Source: Eledone cirrhosa
Lineage: Eukaryota
Assembly (NCBI GenBank): GCA_964016885.1
Contig: OZ024740.1
Location: 183,644,001-183,708,000, forward strand
Length of the DNA: 64,000 nucleotides
Reading direction: 5' to 3'
A program made the position numbers and the translations under genes. Below are positions 25,999-39,061 of the stretch, in pieces (within the stretch, counting starts at the first letter, position 1; the number at the start of each line of letters is the position of its first letter). Below the pieces are notes generated by a model that saw only the letters and a list, made by a program, of their open reading frames with translations, was not told the origin of the DNA and did no database searches.

Positions 25999-28900
25999 CT
26001 ACAGAATGATATAGAGAGAATGCCCATTCCCTCGGGCAATTCTCGCCACTTTCAACCACCTTTCATAAAACTTGCTGGGGTACAGCACCTCTCTCTCCAT
26101 TCTGATCCTTCTTCTAAAATAGTACTTGAAAAAAAGGACCAGTTGTTGACCGGCGAGAAAAGTGTCTAACCACAGCCCTTTCAACCTCGTCCACCTTACA
26201 AACTCTTTCGCCATAGCTATCACACAGAGGAAAACCGCCTCTCCTTCGTTTTTGAAGGGGGGAGGCGGTTTGATCGTGACGATGTACTCGGCGGTAAACC
26301 GGATTGGTCCCACCCGGGAAAGTACTCGTTCCATATAGCCCTACAGGTCAGCAACGCCCGGGCAGTGTACGAATGGGTGCGCGACTGTTTCGTCGTCATA
26401 GACGGATCTCGGACAGATCTTCTTCCATGGTTCCCTACCCGGGCGCCCGTGTCTGTAGAGCTTGTCCCGAACGAGTAGATCTCCTCGGTAGCACTGCCAA
26501 GCCAGGGAATTTTCGAAGTTGTCCATCGGTCCCGGGCCAAACGTCCTACCGAACAGACTTGCTATCTCGTCTTCCTCCATGCCCAGATCCTCTCCGAGAA
26601 CGTCGTCGCACTTGCTGCGCACCAAGCCTCTATAAAATGTTGAGGTTGAGTCTCTACTGATTGCCGGATCCGCTTGCCAGATGGCCGTGAGGGCCTGGGC
26701 ACATCCAATGTGCCAGTCGCCCACTTTTCTCAGTCTTTGCTTGACCCAGGATTGCAGTTCGGTGAGTGAGACGAATCTCGGAAAAGCTCGCCTCACAAAA
26801 GGGGCCCACGCCGGCTGACCGGTAAGGAATACCTGGAGGTGGCGTATCCTAATGCGTGTCTACGCATCGTCAGCCACAGCATCCCGAGCCCTCCGTTCGA
26901 AGGGTGTTGACAGCAGATGGATCTTCTCACCAAAGGGGCCCACTTCTTCCAAAGGAATCGGAAGAACGCACGCTCCATTTTGTCGAACGTTTTTGTTGGG
27001 CAAGGCACGACGGTCAAGCGGTAGTAGATGACGGACGTTATATAATTGTTCGCCACCTCCGCTCGACCTTTCAGGGATAGTTTGCACTCGGTCCACTTCT
27101 GGGCGAGTGCAAACACCCTGCCCGTTACCTCGTCCCAGCTTTTCTCCACCTGGAGGTCCGGTCCGAACCAGACCCCGAGCAGCTTCACCGGTCCCTCTGT
27201 CCAGCGTCCAACAACGCCTTCGGAGGGCATCGATTTGCTTCTCCACGTTCCGAGTTGCAAACCGACGGACTTGTCCCGGTTTAGATTGCCTCCTGTAAAC
27301 CTTTCGTATTCCTCCAGTAAGGTACCGATCTGCCCGATTTCCGAGGTGCACGACACCATTACTGTCACGTCATCGGCGTAGGCCGACACCGCTTTCCGCA
27401 ATCGCGGTTCCAAGGGGAATCCCTGCAACAGCTCCAACTTCCGCAGTAGCGGCTCGAGAGCCAGCACATACAGAAGGGAGGAGAGGGGGCATCCATGTCG
27501 GTTTGATCGAGTGATTTGGAACGGCTCCGATAGGTAGTCATTAACCTTGACCCTCGAGCAGTTGTTGCTGCTGCGCATTGCCGCAATCCAGCACCTGAAA
27601 ACCGGTTCGAAGCCTGCCGCCGCGAGCACCGCATCCAGGTACCGATGGTCGAACCTATCGAACGCTCTAGATTGATCCAAGTTGATCAGGGCCCCACCAA
27701 AGACGGGTTCATTCTCTACCCTCTCTACGATGTATCGCATGAGGTGGAGGTTGTCGGGTATGGACCTGGACGGGATTGCGCATCTCGTCCTTCTTCACCA
27801 GCGTGACTACGCCCTTGGTCACAGAACTGGAAACTCTCCCGTTCTGTTGCCAATTGCAGTAGACCACCTCGAGGAGATCGGAGAACAAGTCCGGCATCGC
27901 TACATAAAGTTCGTATGGTAGACCATCGAGACCGGGAGATATGCCTTTGCCACATTGGCGCAGCGCATCCCCTATTTCAGTGGCTGAAATCTGCCTTTCG
28001 CAAGACTTCGCCTCCTCGTCCGAGAGCTGCGGCAGACTGTCGAGTTATGGACCGAAACCCATGGTCTCACCCGGCCCGCCGCCCCTCCTAAACAGTCGTG
28101 CACAGCGCCGTTGAAAGGCCGCGCAGATCCGCTCAGGTTAAAGGATCACGCGTCCATCCTGGTCCTTCAAAGACCGATTCGTGGACTTCTTTCCACTTTT
28201 TGCCTCTGTCACTCGGTCCCATCTAACAGCTTTGGCTCCCTCGTTACCCATAGCACGTATTTTACTTCTGACAACGCAGCCCTCGTGCTTCGCGTCAAAG
28301 AACTGGTCTAGGGCCGTTATTGACGCCAGCACGCCGGCCACGTTGCCACTCCTAATCGCCTCTTCTACACTATCTATCAAATCCCTTTCAGTTCTATTCC
28401 TATCTGATGCTAATACCTGACTAAAACCTATCTATTCTATTCTAATTTCTCTCTTGAGAGAGCCCCACCACCTGCTGTTGACAATTGCCCCCGTCAACCG
28501 CTGCTTAACTAGAGTGCTAATCCGATTACTGTAAGCTTTGTTTGTCGGTAAGGACAAGTTTTGCTTCCAGAAACCGGGTCTTTGTCTATGGGCTCTATCA
28601 ACGTTTACCACTCCGGTCACCAACTTCTGATCCGAATAGTCAACCATGAACATTCGTGGACAGCTTAATATGTCGCTATCCTTATTTCTGACTAGGAAAC
28701 TATCTAGGTACGACCTAGATGTTACGCTGCGATTAGTCCACGTCCACAGTGGCACAGTCGGAAAATATAGTCAATATCTATCGGCCAGATCAAATCGGAA
28801 TATGCCCCTATTGGGAGATGCCCCTACATAGTCCCAACGTGCATCCAGGATACCATTCCAGTCCCCCACTAAAATCAAGGAGCGAGACGTTCCCAGAAAA

Positions 28901-29276
28901 GTCTCTAGGCGCTGGAAGAAGTCCGATTGCGGTGTCCCAGATGAGGCATACGTTTCCACCAGCCTGAAGGCTCCACCTTCACTACTGCCGACGTCTAGAA
29001 CCACCAGTTGACCCTCTGGGTCCAGGTGTACCTTCCGTGTTGCGAGGCCCAGGTTTTTTCGCAGCAGAACGACCACTCCGCCCCCACCAGACAGAGAGAT
29101 GCATAGATCTCAAAGTCGTCGAAGATGGGGGCCAGTTGGTGCTCGCTGCTGATCTTGGACTCGCAAATATCTATCACATGCATTCTGTGCGACCTGAGGC
29201 CATTTAAGAGTTTGCCCTGCTTCCAGGACATCCCCAGGCTGCGCACATTTAAACATCCAACTCTTATAACAGCCAT
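25999..29276 (-). pseudogene. LINE ORF2 (APE endonuclease + RT), multiple frameshifts and stops
   Basis: VGCLNVRSL, ILVGDWN, SYLD, DYSDQK, FWKQN; LINLDQSRAFDRFDH, RHGCPLSSLLY, AYADDVT, VKLLGVWFG, NGGLGM; CPR..ETVAHPFVHC. Confidence 0.93.
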
Positions 29277-29990
29277 GTTGGTGGTGAAGAGTTTAGAGTG
29301 GAGAAAAAGAAAATGACACCTACCTGTCCTTCTCCTGGGGACCAGGCTGCACAATTTCCATGGAGGTGACAGCGGTGTTGTTTGGTCGGGACATCAGTGT
29401 GTGATGGGAACATCAGTGTATGGAGGGGTGGGGGTGTTTGGTGGGGGATAGGTGTCTGGGGTGGTGGTGGGGAAACATTTCAGCAGGACGCGGTTGCTAG
29501 GTCTAGTACAGGTGTTCCCCCGTTCTCGGGAAAGTTCTGTTTGAGCATTGCGTAGGTGTCCCTTGGGACCCTAATCATTTTAAAATGCGGTTTAGTCGCC
29601 GCGTTGGTGAACATTTTCCCTTCGGTTCCACCGAAGGGTTTTTGCCTATTGTTTTCACAAGAGTTTTGTTGTTTGTGTTGATGTATGTATACTGTTTTTG
29701 TTGTGTTGTGTTTGTTTTTGTTTGTTGTTCCTGTGTGTGTTTGCGTTTTGTAGTATGTGTTATGTTTTCGGGAGGGTTAGGTTTTTTTATTTGTGATGTT
29801 TGTTCTGTTTGTGCTGGTGGTTGTCTGTTTTTTGCATTTTTGTTAATGTGGTGCCTTATTTTTCTTTCTTTTTACCGGTTGAAAGGGTTCTCCCTCGTCG
29901 TCACTGGGTGACGTTGATAAGGAGTCCTCGTCCGTGTTGTTGGGGAAGGGTATATTTTGGGGTTTTGTTGTGGTTGCTTTTGTATTTGTT

Positions 29991-30971
29991 TTAGGTGGGG
30001 AGAGGTTGGGTAGGACAGTGTCTTGTGTTGTTATTTTTTCGTGTTGTTGTGGTTGTTGTTGTTGTGGTGGGGGCGGTGGTTATGTTGTTGTGTGTGGGGT
30101 GGGCAGAAGCGTCTTTTTTTTGGGGGGGGGGATTTAAAAGGAGACAGGAAGCCCTCAGGTGACCACTTCTTGAACAGTGGTAGCATGAAGGCCGCCTGCC
30201 CTCAACAGATATGTTTATGAAGGCGATTCCATCCAGGGACACATGCTGCGGTATTCTTGCTATCCGTTCTGGTCTCATTTAGACCAGAACTTCAAGGCTA
30301 TTGCCGCCTAATACGCCACGGCTGGATTCGCCTATCGAAAGGAGTGTGTCCTCATCTTCTAAGAATCCCGTTAGCACCCACCAAATGCTCGCATTTGGCC
30401 TGATGCCCGAGATTCTTATCTTTTGAGTTCTTTTCCCCAAATATGTCGGGAAAAAGGTGTATGCTTTGGATACATTTGGCGACACAGAATATTTCCGTGC
30501 CGCCAATTCATCTTGCATTAAAACAGATATGCTTCCATACAGTTTCTCTTTCTGTATGAAAGCGATATCCTTCCAGGCAGTACTTAGGACCAGCTCAATT
30601 TCGCTTTGGGACAATTGAGCCGGTTTCCTAGTTGTGTTTGAAACTGTCCTAAAGATTACGGTCCTGAGCACTGTGTCCCTTCCAATTTCTTCGGGGGAGG
30701 TAATTGTGAATTCCCCACCTTCCCTGAAAATTACACAATTCCTTGCTTCTTTCAGCAATTTCTTAGCATTCGAGATGTCCAGTGCCTTGTATGTCTGCGT
30801 TTCTCGGACCGCCTGTGCGAAGGAGACTGCAGCTGTGGGTCCGTTCTCTTTTGTGTTGTTATCATTGTTGTTGTTGTTATTGTCATTGTTGCTGTTGTTG
30901 GTGGTGTTGTTATTGTCATTGTTATTCTTGTTTGTGTAATTGTTACTTTTAAGGTTTTCACCTATTTCCAC
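29991..30971 (-). pseudogene. LINE ORF1 with CCHC zinc knuckle, interrupted by one in-frame stop
   Basis: ORFs 30279..30971 and 29991..30278 are contiguous in frame; CYHCSRSGHLRASC = CX2CX4HX4C; poly-Asn and poly-Thr tracts. Confidence 0.88.
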
Positions 30972-31266
30972 AATTTTTTATTTTGATTCCGTGGTGTCTT
31001 TTGCGGGAGTGAGGAGGGAGGGCTTACAGTGTTGTGCTGCTACCTTCTCTCTATCACTTCCCTTGGGGGGCGTGGCATGCGTCGTATTAATGGCGTCCAT
31101 TGTCACTAAACGACTTTTTATCTACAACTTATAACTATCAAATTTCGCCCCAAAGAGGGGCGAAATTTATTTAACCCAACGTCTGCAGGCCCTGCAAACC
31201 TACCGCTTCTCGTAATAAATTCCGACAAAATGCAGGAGCGAAACAAAATCACGGCTATCTTCTCCG

Positions 31267-31510
<244 letters not shown>

Positions 31511-32259
31511 AATTAAATTCAGTTGCAAACATAGCCACATTTGATTTGTTTTTATTTGCTTAAGACATCAAAGATTATTCTGTTCAGGTCTATTAGATGC
31601 CAAAGAATGTAGCAATATTCCACAAATCTAATGAAGAATGGCTCAAGGAAAGCTGAACAAGACATTAGAGGAATGTTTAATAAACTAATTGACCAATACT
31701 TTGATAAATTATCTGAGACACATTAAACCCAGGAAGGTTACTGCCTAGTCAAAAGTGAAATGGACCTTAATGATCCTTCTAATTAGTGCAACATTTGAAT
31801 TGAGATTTTCCTTCATATCTCAAAGAAAATCAAAATCTAATTGTGTCGTTATGGCAAACAGAATTTGTCTTTCATTTTTGTATCATGGTTTTCTTATTGC
31901 TATCTTGTACACAACCTTTGTTCCATCTTCATCATATATTAGTGGAAAGGCAGTAGGCCAATGCTGAACATTTGAACAAATGTATGTGGAGTATATATGG
32001 TTTACAACAATATATGTTCTGCAGTTGTTAACCATTCAAACTACCCAAACTTATGAAGCCCTTGTAGATATGCTTTAAGTATGTTTATATATATAAACAT
32101 TATTGTGACCTATGTCTTATTATGCTCCAAGTTAATATCATGCAATGATCCACTCTTTCAAGATCAATAAGCTAAAGTACTTGTCAAATACTGGAGCTGA
32201 TATGATAAGTTGCTTTCCATTCAAATTTCAGGCCTTGTGTCTAAACTATTATTATTATT

Positions 32260-32660
32260 CAGTATCGGAAGGGCATCTGACAACATGCTCTGCATGTTAT
32301 GGCTCCTTATGTTCTGATTTCAGATCTCAGTGAGGTTAGCTTTGCCTTTCACCCTGGTGGGGTTGATAAAAAAAAAATACCAATAAGCACAGGTCTCGAT
32401 TTAATCGACTTTCCCATCCCCTTCAAATTGTTTCCCTTGTGCCTAAAGTAAAAACAATTATTATTATCAGAATGGTGATATGGCAGTATCATGAGAGCAT
32501 TGTAAGGAATGATTGATGGTATTTGTTACAGATCTATACATTCAGAGTTCAAATTCTATAAAACTCAAAATTGCCTTTAATCCTTCTGTGGCCAGCAAAA
32601 AAACTACTGCGCCAACATAATTGACTTTTCCCTTACTCCAAATTGTTGGCCCTTTGAATT
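32260..32660 (+). mobile_element. Old tandem copies of the SINE family seen at 48232-48422
   Basis: ctttgcctttcaccc...ggggttgataaaa...ttaatcgactt...ccttgtgcct; further copies at about 33300-33485, 35075-35330, 43410-43615 and 59870-60045, and reversed at about 35780-36095, 38840-39180 and 41560-41725. Confidence 0.7.
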
Positions 32661-33051
32661 ATTGTTATTATTATGTTAATCATTATTATTAAACAAAGAC
32701 ATCATTATTATTGTCTTCTTTCTTTTACTCGGGATTAATCGGATTCCTGGTGAGATTTATGTGGGTAACAAGTTACATCTTTTAACATAAGGCGTACACA
32801 TGATTTTAATAAACCATCAAATGCTCAAAATTTGTATGATCATTTTCCTTGTTCCCAAATGCAAACCTTCTGTAGAAGCGCTACAGGACATTCCATTCCA
32901 ATAATTATTTTCTGCCCTTGAACATCCTACATCAATGAATTTATTGCCTCAGCACTTTGTAAGTTTGAAATGTGAGCTTCACACCCCTTGTTTACATTTT
33001 CGAAACCTGTTTGATTCAGCTCCTTAATTTAAACTATCAGATGTTGTAAGT

Positions 33052-33124
33052 GGTCCGTAACCTCCATGGTGAGAGCACTCAGATGGTATCTGAGTGATAC
33101 AGAGTTAGATTCCCAATAGCGACT
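33052..33124 (+). pseudogene. Degenerate tRNA-like sequence (tRNA pseudogene or SINE head)
   Basis: D-arm-like catggtgagagca, hairpin cactcaga-tggta-tctgagtg, B-box-like gagttagattccc; acceptor stem poor. Confidence 0.4.
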
Positions 33125-34454
33125 GCTGCCAGCTCCATTTTCCATCTTTTAAGGTCGTTACACATTTTTTATAAGCTATTTTGTGGCAGGTGATTGTAAT
33201 TAGAGTTTGGCTTCCTTCATTTTCTATGAATTTATTTCCTTCATGCTTCATAAGTTTGAAGGTTCAAGCTTCACACACAATGATAATAATCATTATTATT
33301 ATGCTTTGTGGCATGTAGTTCTGGCCCTTTACGTTCTCAATTCAAATCCTGCTAAGGGTTAGCTTTGTCTTTCATCATTGTGGGTTCGATAAAATAAAAT
33401 ACCAGTAACGTACTATGGGCAATCAATTTAATCGACTTTCCCCTCCCCAAAATTGCTGGCCTTGTCCCTATAGTAGAAATAATTATTATCATTACTATTA
33501 TTATTATGTTTTTTTTTAACACATTAATAAAATTATTTAGATATCTGCAAGAAATAATAAAATATTACATATTTTTAAAAAATGCAAGTAAATTGTATTA
33601 ATTAATGAATTTGAAATTATTTGGAACTTCAGTGCATATGTATTAAATATTGAAAAAAATATGTAAAAGAAATATATTTGTATGAAATATGTTTATATGA
33701 AAATTGTACATTCTTTGATCATTTTGAGTGCAGTAGAAATAAACAAAACATACAAACATACATACAAAAATAACATACAAAAAAGACACAAGAAATGAGA
33801 AGTATATCAATTCTACCATCTTGTTTAAAAACAAGAAGAAAAAAAAAATTAGTTTGCTTTTGTTTCATGTAGCAGGTTAATGTACTAATAGTATGTATAC
33901 TTTTTTCAAAATCACTTCGAGGAATGACACATATATATATATATATATATTAAAGCTATGCAGCTAGTACATCCTTCATAATGGATTAACAAGTAGAAAA
34001 TATTCACATTGCAGCATATTAAAGGTGCTGCATCACAATCAAAACATTATATGGTAGTGTAAATGAAAAAAAAAATATTTGGACTGCAATTGCTGGAACT
34101 GACATTTATATGAAAGTAAAAGAAATCTACACACACTTCCATGTAATTACAAACACATTAGTATTTACTGAGGCTTTGCAAGGTTTTACTCTAAAGTTTC
34201 TCATGTGTAGTTACCTGGCCATCACACAAGACTTGACTGTTGATCTGCATACACAAATGTTTGATTTTATTCTCTACTACAGTATTGCATACTCATGTTT
34301 ACAACTGTCAATACCAAGTATCATCATCATCATCATCGTTTATATGTCCACTTTTCCATGCTTGCATGTATATATGTGTGTATATATATATATTGGTAAT
34401 ATCAAAATATTAATATATATATATATAATATATATATATATATATAATATATAT

Positions 34455-34486
<32 letters not shown>

Positions 34487-37400
34487 ATATATAAATATGT
34501 ATGGATTCATCTTTAAAAATGAGAAAACTCATCAGTAGATCACCCGTTAAAACAGCCAAATATTGTCAAAGACAGCGATGGGCAAAAATGCCTCAGGAGA
34601 CAGAGAGACAATCGACAAGGTGTGCACAAGCAGATGAAATATAGAAAAGAATGAAAGAGGTGGAACCCAAGAAATATGCTGGCACACAGAAGTGACCAGA
34701 GGAAGGAAATAATGTACAAAACAAGTTCACACACACGCACATGCAGCTTCTTGCTTACAAATATGTATGCCAAGGTTCTGACTCTAGCTCAATGTCTAGA
34801 TGAGCAGTTCCCATAAGAGATGATCAGAAATTGTTAGGCCTAGCATTTGTAATGTTTGAGAAGATTTTAGAGTTAAGCATGGCCAGATTAAGATCTTTAG
34901 AGTCTTGAAGCATTGAACAGATGATGGTAGTCTCATATACAACATCTCAGACACACTCCAGTATACTGTACTGTAATGAATACTCAATGGAGCTCCCTCT
35001 TTAAATGAGGCCTTAACTATTTTCTTATTTTGATTAATGGTTAATCTGAGGCTGGACGTGAGGAAACAGAATTAAGTCAGCAGAGTAGCAGAAACTTGAC
35101 CTGTTTTTGTTTTTCTGGTATTTTATGTTTAGTGTTCAAATCCCACCAAGGTTAACTTTATTTTGAATTCCGTCTGGAGTTTATAAAATAGCAAACATCC
35201 AGGAGTGACATATTAACAGAATTGTTAGAGTGTTGGACAAAATACCATGTAGTATTTATTCCTTGTCTTTACATTCTGAGTTCCCATGTGATGGCCTTGA
35301 TGTTAAGCTGGATCAGTCTGCATTTTCATTGGATAACATCAGTGGTTTACCATGGAAAAATATTTGTCCAGGTCTGTGCAAGGAGGGGGTATTTACAGGG
35401 TATAACCTAACTGAACAAGGCTTTAGATATAAGTTACTCGTGAGTAGATGTGATATATCTTCTATGGTTTGTGGTGCTGTTGAATAATGTTTGTTTGCCA
35501 TATTTTTGATTTTATTAAAAAAATAGCACAAATGTCACACAGTAGATAACTGTATGGCTGTGAACGATTTTCTGTGGTTGTCTTCTGCATAAAGTGTGGG
35601 CAAACATGTATAATATAGTGAGTCAAAAATAATGTTTAACAAATTCAATGTATACCTGCAAAGCAAAGAAAGTCATCAGCAATGATTTCTCACTGGTTTA
35701 GTCAGAGATTAAAGGGAAGTGCCCATGGTCCTTTCAAATTCCTGTAAAATTGTTAGGAGGGAGAGGGGAAAGTATCCTGAAATTACAGGTGTGATTTGAA
35801 TGCTTGCAACATAGTGAACTCTGCTAAAGCCAAGTCTACCACCTAAGTAGGCTAAACAAATGATTTGAACTCATAATGCAAAGAGCTGGAACAGATACAG
35901 CAAGTCATCTCATTTGATGCCCTAACAATTCAGCCAATCCACCCCCTTAGACAGGTCTTTCCTTTTATTAACATTGAAAGGATGAAAGGTAAACTTGACT
36001 ACAGTAGGATGTGAACTCAGAGCTCACAGAACCAGAACAAATTCCATAAGGCATCATCTTCTTATGTTCATATGACCCTGCCAGTTTGCTGCCAGCATGA
36101 ACATTATTTATTAATGAAATTTATTTTCAAATGTAGCTAAGAGATGACTCTGATGTTTAAATTGAGTAAAAATTGAATTAAACACAGATATGCATTGGGT
36201 GCAAGTGAGTCTGTTGAACATTCCTGTTTGCTATATTTAAGCTACTAATCTTCTTTCATAGAGGAGTACTGATATCATTTTGAATCACTTAATTGATTTA
36301 CTTCTACACTTGATACCATTACTTTCTGTTTAGAGGACCTTCTTGCTGTCTGATTTCTTTCAAATTATTCTATCTTGAGAATTGATGTACATTTATAATT
36401 AATATATTTTTGCACTATTGTCTCTTGAGAAATATTTAATGTATAGCTCTAGGGAAGATATATTAACTAGATTATGTAGATTACATTGATTAGTAACTGC
36501 AGTCAAAGCAGAAGATCTTCTTATCGGTTATTGCTACAATATTTGATCATGTAAGGTAAATTAAGTAAGAAAATTAAGACATAATTGAATTTTTGAAATT
36601 CTAGAACCTAAATGATTGCCTCTACTTAGGCAGCTGCTTCTTAGAAAATGTTTCTTCATTTAGCAATCTTCAAATGTTACAGGCAATGAAATCACTAGCT
36701 TTTATTTAGTCTTTTAGCAACATGTGTGAGAGATATCAGTGAAATATCTGACATCTAATATCAGCGTGTCTAGCAATATGTAACAACATTCAAAAATGCT
36801 TTTAACATGTCCGGTTGATTCCTTTAATAGGCTTCTGTAATTAAGTTAATCCTTTCAAGATTAAATTGTCATTTAATGTTTAATAAGTTAATTAGCATAA
36901 CATATTATTTTATTAATTTCATTCTTTGAACTGTAACCACCAACACCATTGAAGGTTCTACTGTTTAAGAGTTTTAGTCAATTATAATGTCAGGAAATCC
37001 CAGTGGAGAAATGCCATGCTGAGAAGGACCTGTCCAACCCATGCATGCATGGAAAAATGGACGTAACTATGGGTTAAATAGCCTTACCAACCCGCAATTA
37101 GTCAAGCATTTTGAGTAGAGCTACACCCTTGACATGACCAAATCCAAACAGAAAGCCATGGAGGTCAACTTGAGAGTGGTTCTTCTAGCTGGGGGGAGAA
37201 GACCTTGGATTGAATTAGATTATGACAAGTGCCTTAGAGTAAATATAAGCAATATTGGGCAAACTACATTTTCAATGTGGGATCGATTTCCAGAGGATGA
37301 CAGTTCATTTCATATATTATTTCGATATTTCATATATTATTTCATATATATTTTCGAAGAATGAACAAAACGCAGTATCTCATTTTCCTTTTTCATATGA

Positions 37401-38033
37401 GATATATAATCTTTGATTTGAATTGTCCCAAAGAAACCGATATTTCCCAGCCCCATACTACACAAACCACCCCTTCCAATACACAAAAGATGTTGCCTTA
37501 CTGCCAGCACATTAAACTAGAATAGGAAAATAAAGAAATAATTTTCTGAAAAAAAAAGGACATTAAAGAAAATGATAAGGAGTAAAATTATTCTGCATAT
37601 TTTCAACATATTTTCTTTAATGAAAAAAATATCATAATACATAAACACACGTACACATGTGCACACACGCACACACATACTATGTTTCAAAACCTTCAAT
37701 AGCATTATAGACAAAAAACAAAAACAAAAATAAACAAGATAGAAAAATCTGAAAAACAATAAAGGAATTCTCATTTTCTAACTTACAAAGGTATCTAAGA
37801 ATACTGAATCGAAAAGCACAATGATAAGACAAATCATAAATGAATATTCAATTTAAATATTTTCTACTTAATTTTCTTTTTCGTTTTGTTATTGTTTTGA
37901 TTATTTCTATAGTGTATTCACCAGTATAGTGTAATTATCATATGAAATGGTGTGTTACAGTATTATTTAATCTTAGTTATCAATAATATATTCAGAGAAT
38001 AAAAGTATTTCGAGCTATATAATATGATATATA

Positions 38034-38092
<59 letters not shown>

Positions 38093-38743
38093 GTGGAATG
38101 AAGCCAATCTTTAGATCAGACCACTGAAATAATGTTTCCATCACTGATACTATCTGCCAGGCACAAATTTTGGCAGAAGGAGCAACATGAAATAAAATAA
38201 AGTATTTTGCTGAAGAATATAATGTGCAGCCCACTCCAAGAATTGAAACCCCTGGTCATATGATCATCAGTACAGCCTGGGCCATATGTTTCGCTAATTT
38301 TATATATACACATATATGTGGGAAAACTGAAAAGCTGCAGTAATTTACGGGTATTTTATTTCATCATCCCTAGATTGATGAGAGAGATAAGTAACCATGG
38401 CAAGATTTGAATTCACAATATATGGAGTTGACATAAATGCTACGTCATATTTTGTCAAATGCTCTCCTTGTGGTGCCAATCCACCTTTACAATCTTTGCC
38501 ATTTTTACCATGTTTAAACACTAATAATATTTAAAAACACAACCAAAGTCTAATACACTACCATCAGTTGGAATTGAACCTAGAATATAAAAGCAGTAAA
38601 CTAGAATATATAAAAAGTGACATTTATTCTAATAGTCTACCATCATTACTATCTATCTCATCCTCAGATCTAGCAATATTAAAAACGAAACAAACAAAAA
38701 CCAATGCATCATCTTGTTGAAAAGTAAAGTTATATTGACCTAT

Positions 38744-39061
38744 ACATGACTTCATTTTAGAATACCGAAGCTGTAAACTAAACACTATAAGGTATTTATT
38801 TAAAAGACAACATTAAAATCATAATAGTGAATTCTGATTTAGGTACAAGGCCAACAATTTAGGGGGAGGGGAAAGTAAATTAAATCATTCTCAGTGTGTT
38901 ACTACATAACTTCATTTCAGAATACAGAAGCAAAAACTAAACACTACAAGGTATTTATTTAAAAGACAACATTAAAATCACAATAATGAATTTTGATTTA
39001 GGCACCGGGCCAACAATTTGGGGAAGGGGAAAGTCAATTAAATCATTCTCAGTGTGTTACT
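38744..39061. repeat. Local tandem duplication, period about 160 bp
   Basis: aaactaaacact..aaggtatttatttaaaagacaacattaaaatca...aaatcattctcagtgtgttact occurs twice. Confidence 0.85.

Larger units (their letters stand above)
25897..31100 (-). mobile_element. L1-clade / Tx1-like LINE, near full length, decayed
   Basis: ORF1 with zinc knuckle, then ORF2 with APE, RT and C-terminal Cys-His pieces in the expected order; ends approximate. Confidence 0.93.

Noticed and set aside
35657-35743. Minus-strand exon candidate with good splice signals (similar case at about 42848-42908)
   Set aside because: Stops in all three frames and no linked exons; cannot support a gene or lncRNA without transcripts
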